This document shows positions 61,402 to 64,000 of a stretch of DNA of 64,000 nt, one piece after another. The stretch is from Dehalococcoidia bacterium. Its GTDB lineage: Bacteria; Chloroflexota; Dehalococcoidia; UBA2979. The notes under the pieces are model-generated. The model was not told the origin of the DNA, did not search any database, and was given only the letters and a program-made list of their open reading frames with translations. The DNA lies in assembly GCA_965261685.1 (NCBI GenBank), contig CBDHDI010000027.1, forward strand, positions 344,808-408,807, in the 5' to 3' direction. Position 1 is the stretch's first letter; each line of letters begins with the position of its first letter. The translations under genes and the position numbers were made by a program.

Positions 61402-61498
61402 CGATACGTGGCGCCGCTTGCGACAGGTGCTGCGCACGCGGCCCACGACGCGACCATTATACTGCACGCCTCGAATAACCTAGCGAGGAGTTCGGCAG

Positions 61499-62641
61499 AT
61501 GTTCATTCGCTTCATCAAGTCCGGCTGGCTCGCCGCCATCGCCCTGACGCTCGCGATCACCGCGCTCGCTGCCGCCTGTGGGGGCGACGACGACCCCGAG
61601 CCGACGCCGGCCGCGACCACCGCGCCGGCCGCCACCCCGGCGGCGACTCCGACCCCAACGCCGACTCCGCCGCCGCCCACTCCGACGCCAACTCCGACCC
61701 CGCCGCCAGCGACCCCGGCCGCGACGCCCGCACCCACCGAGGCCCCGGCACCCTCGGCGACCCAGCCTGCCGAGGGCGTCGCGAGCCTGGTGATGACGGC
61801 GGGGACCACCGGCAAGGACATCATGGACAGGATCTCCGAGGCCGAGCAGGCCTGCGTCCGTGAGGCCTTCGGCGACTTCGTCTATGACATCATGCTCGCC
61901 ACTCCGATCCTGCTGGCCGCCTCCGACGCCGCTGCCGGGGCGCCGCTGTTCGGCTGCCTCGAAGTCGAGAACCTCGTGACGCTGGGCGTCGCATTCATTG
62001 CGGCGCAGGCCGGTGGGTGGAGCGCGGACACCGTCACGTGCATGATCGGAGCCGGCCTGGAGCATCCGGAGGCGATCCTGATCGGGCTCGGCGTGCCGGC
62101 CAGCGACGAGGCCAGCGCAGCGGCCGCTGCGCACCCGTACTTCATCGAGTTCTACGGCTGCATGAGCGTGCAGGAGAAGGTGGACTACCTGCTGGGCCTC
62201 CAGGAGGTGATCGACGCCATGACGACCGCCGAGCATGACCTGATCGGTGCGATCCCCGAGGCCGACGTCGCCTGCATCCGTGACGCCCTCAGCGACGACG
62301 AGTACAACACGCTCCTCGCCGGCACGGTCCACGAGGCCTTCGACGTCTCGGACGCGGTGGCCGACTGCATGACGGATGACGGCTACGTCCAGGCCTTCGT
62401 CACCATCACCGTGACGACGACCGGCGAGCTGACCGATGAGACCAAGGCCTGCCTCGCGGACTTCGCCCGGGCGCATCCGCACTACACGGCGCTGATCAAC
62501 GCGCACGCGTACGATCCGTCGACGGTGGACCCGGCCGATCTCGCCGAGATCGCCGACGATGGCCTCGGGACCTCGGCCTGCATGACGGCCGAGGAGCTCC
62601 AGCGGTCGCAGCAGACGTCGCTCGCCGCACTGGGGCAGTAG
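61499..62641 (+). CDS. secreted lipoprotein with Pro/Thr-rich linker and three Cys-containing repeats
   Basis: Signal peptide plus lipobox (LAAACGG), PT-rich linker, three AC(V/I/L)R(E/D)A... repeats; GCGAGGAG RBS. Confidence 0.6.
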   Translation: MFIRFIKSGWLAAIALTLAITALAAACGGDDDPEPTPAATTAPAATPAATPTPTPTPPPPTPTPTPTPPPATPAATPAPTEAPAPSATQPAEGVASLVMTAGTTGKDIMDRISEAEQACVREAFGDFVYDIMLATPILLAASDAAAGAPLFGCLEVENLVTLGVAFIAAQAGGWSADTVTCMIGAGLEHPEAILIGLGVPASDEASAAAAAHPYFIEFYGCMSVQEKVDYLLGLQEVIDAMTTAEHDLIGAIPEADVACIRDALSDDEYNTLLAGTVHEAFDVSDAVADCMTDDGYVQAFVTITVTTTGELTDETKACLADFARAHPHYTALINAHAYDPSTVDPADLAEIADDGLGTSACMTAEELQRSQQTSLAALGQ

Positions 62642-62809
62642 CGGACGGCGCGGTCGCACGGCACGACCGCGACCGCATCCCGGACGGGTGCGGCCGCTTC
62701 ACGTACTCGAGAGATCGCGGGGGCGGCACGACGATTCGCTCCGCAGGAACAGCACCGCGTGGGCCGGCGCCAAGCCGTGCCGGCGAAGGTGTTGCCCGGA
62801 GGTCCGGTC

Positions 62810-62886
62810 TGGTGGGCGGTACTGGACTTGAACCAGTGACCTCTCGCGTGTGAAGCGAGCGCTCGTACCAACTGAGCTAACCGCCC
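62810..62886 (-). tRNA. tRNA-Val (anticodon CAC), CCA encoded
   Basis: Acceptor GGGCGGU/ACCGCCC, anticodon loop UUCACAC. Confidence 0.85.
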
Positions 62887-63084
62887 GGCGATCCGCCGGC
62901 TGGCTCGATGGCCCTCCGGCACGCCGATTCAGCGTACCGACGCCGCTGTCGCGCGGCAACCGATGCGCACCGGCACTGCGAGCGCCCGCGCGGTTGCCCG
63001 GCGGCGTGCTGACGTGCTACAACCCGCGAGGCTCGCGCACCAGTCGCGCGGGGCAATGCCGACAGGACGCCGGAGGGGGCATAT

Positions 63085-63588
63085 ATGCCGCAGTACCACG
63101 GGCTTGAGGTCGCTATTCCCGAGAACGACCGGCCGCACATCGAGTACTTCGAGCAGGCCGCGTCCGGCACGCTGCACCTGCAGTCGTGCGCCGACTGCGA
63201 CCTCATGCGCTACCCGCCCGGCCCGATGTGCCCCGAGTGCGGCGGCACGGACCTCGCGTGGTCGCCCATCTCCGGCAAGGGCACCATCCACTCCTACTAC
63301 TACGTCCCGCACGCCGTGAACCCGGCGTTCCGCGACTGGACCCCGTACCCGATCATCCTCGTCGAGATCGACGAGCAGCGCGGCCAGCCCACGGCCGACC
63401 GCTCCGTGCGTATCATCGCCAACTGCATCGACGCGGACGGCGGTCCGGAGCTGGAAGCCAACGTCGCCATCGGCAAGCGCGTCGAGGTGGCGATGATCGA
63501 CATGGGCGACGGCATGGCCCTGCCCCAGTTCCGCCTCAGCGACGAGGACCCGGAGCACGAGATCTGGCAGTTCCCCGTGGACGCCTAG
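63085..63588 (+). CDS. Zn-ribbon/OB-fold protein (DUF35 family, thiolase-associated type)
   Basis: C4 zinc ribbon CADC...CPECG followed by OB-fold region; GGAGGGGG RBS. Confidence 0.7.
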   Translation: MPQYHGLEVAIPENDRPHIEYFEQAASGTLHLQSCADCDLMRYPPGPMCPECGGTDLAWSPISGKGTIHSYYYVPHAVNPAFRDWTPYPIILVEIDEQRGQPTADRSVRIIANCIDADGGPELEANVAIGKRVEVAMIDMGDGMALPQFRLSDEDPEHEIWQFPVDA

Positions 63589-63800
63589 CTCCGCGAGCAC
63601 CAACGGACACCTGCGGTCGAGGCCCGAGCACAAACACTCGGGCCTCGTAGCGTCCGGGACAGCGCCTCGTTGATGTAGCTGCCGTGTCGCACTGTGCGTC
63701 CGGGGCGGCGCGCGACTGACGGGCGCAGTCGGTACGATAGCCACGAACCGGTGCGGGCTGGCGGCCGCCTGAACGCGGGCGGCGAGGGAGGGTGTGGCCC

Positions 63801-64000
63801 ATGGCTGTGGGATTCGAGTCGCTGGACAGCTTCGGCGCGCGAGCGAGCCTCGAGGCCGGCGGCGCATCGCACACGATCTACCGGCTCGACCGCGCCGCCG
63901 AGGCGCTCGGCTGCGATCTCGCGCGGCTGCCCTTCACGCTGCGCATCCTGCTCGAAAACCTGCTGCGCGGCGAGGACGGCACCGCCGTCAGCGCAGACTC
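63801..64000 (+). CDS. acnA: aconitate hydratase, N-terminal part (3' partial)
   Basis: AcnA N-terminal pattern (LPFTLRILLENLLRGEDG); runs off window end. Confidence 0.8.
   Translation, partial: MAVGFESLDSFGARASLEAGGASHTIYRLDRAAEALGCDLARLPFTLRILLENLLRGEDGTAVSAD

Overview
This is a high-GC (about 70%) bacterial chromosomal segment of actinobacterial/Chloroflexi type, densely coding on both strands, with 5 tRNAs and no rRNA or CRISPR. The housekeeping backbone can be read from motifs: gltB 3' end, a MacB-like ABC exporter, maf, rlmD, ideR, metE, nrdJ, pepP, nhaA, rnd, rimM, a KH protein, rpsP, ffh, gap, eno, xerD, pcm, uvrC and the acnA 5' end. Several accessory insertions interrupt this backbone. 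(1) A restriction-modification pair sits between metE and nrdJ: an SPPY-type N4C/N6A methyltransferase carrying a frameshift, and a restriction endonuclease whose GTG start overlaps the methyltransferase TGA stop (GTGA). (2) Two TIR-domain genes flank the otherwise universally conserved ffh-rpsP junction. One is inserted between ffh and rpsP; the other sits with DUF2188-like, HigB, HigA and HigA genes on the far side of ffh, forming a candidate defence/toxin-antitoxin islet. (3) An AhpD/CMD-family gene next to ideR has an in-frame TGA exactly at the second Cys of its CxxC motif, followed by a hairpin, making it a candidate selenoprotein. (4) Four near-identical SDR oxidoreductase paralogues are arrayed with ThuA and MFS genes, and the array is interrupted by an IS element with duplicated terminal inverted repeats that truncates a LiaF-like gene. 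(5) An orphan flavin-dependent (tryptophan-type) halogenase lies downstream of tRNA-Ala and rnd. The window also holds HicBA, a HEPN gene with an in-frame TGA, a frameshifted NYN-nuclease gene beside tRNA-Arg, an 18-bp tandem repeat encoding a (TATPSP)n linker, and an unusually high density of ORF disruptions. All calls rest on reading motifs by eye; no database search was possible.
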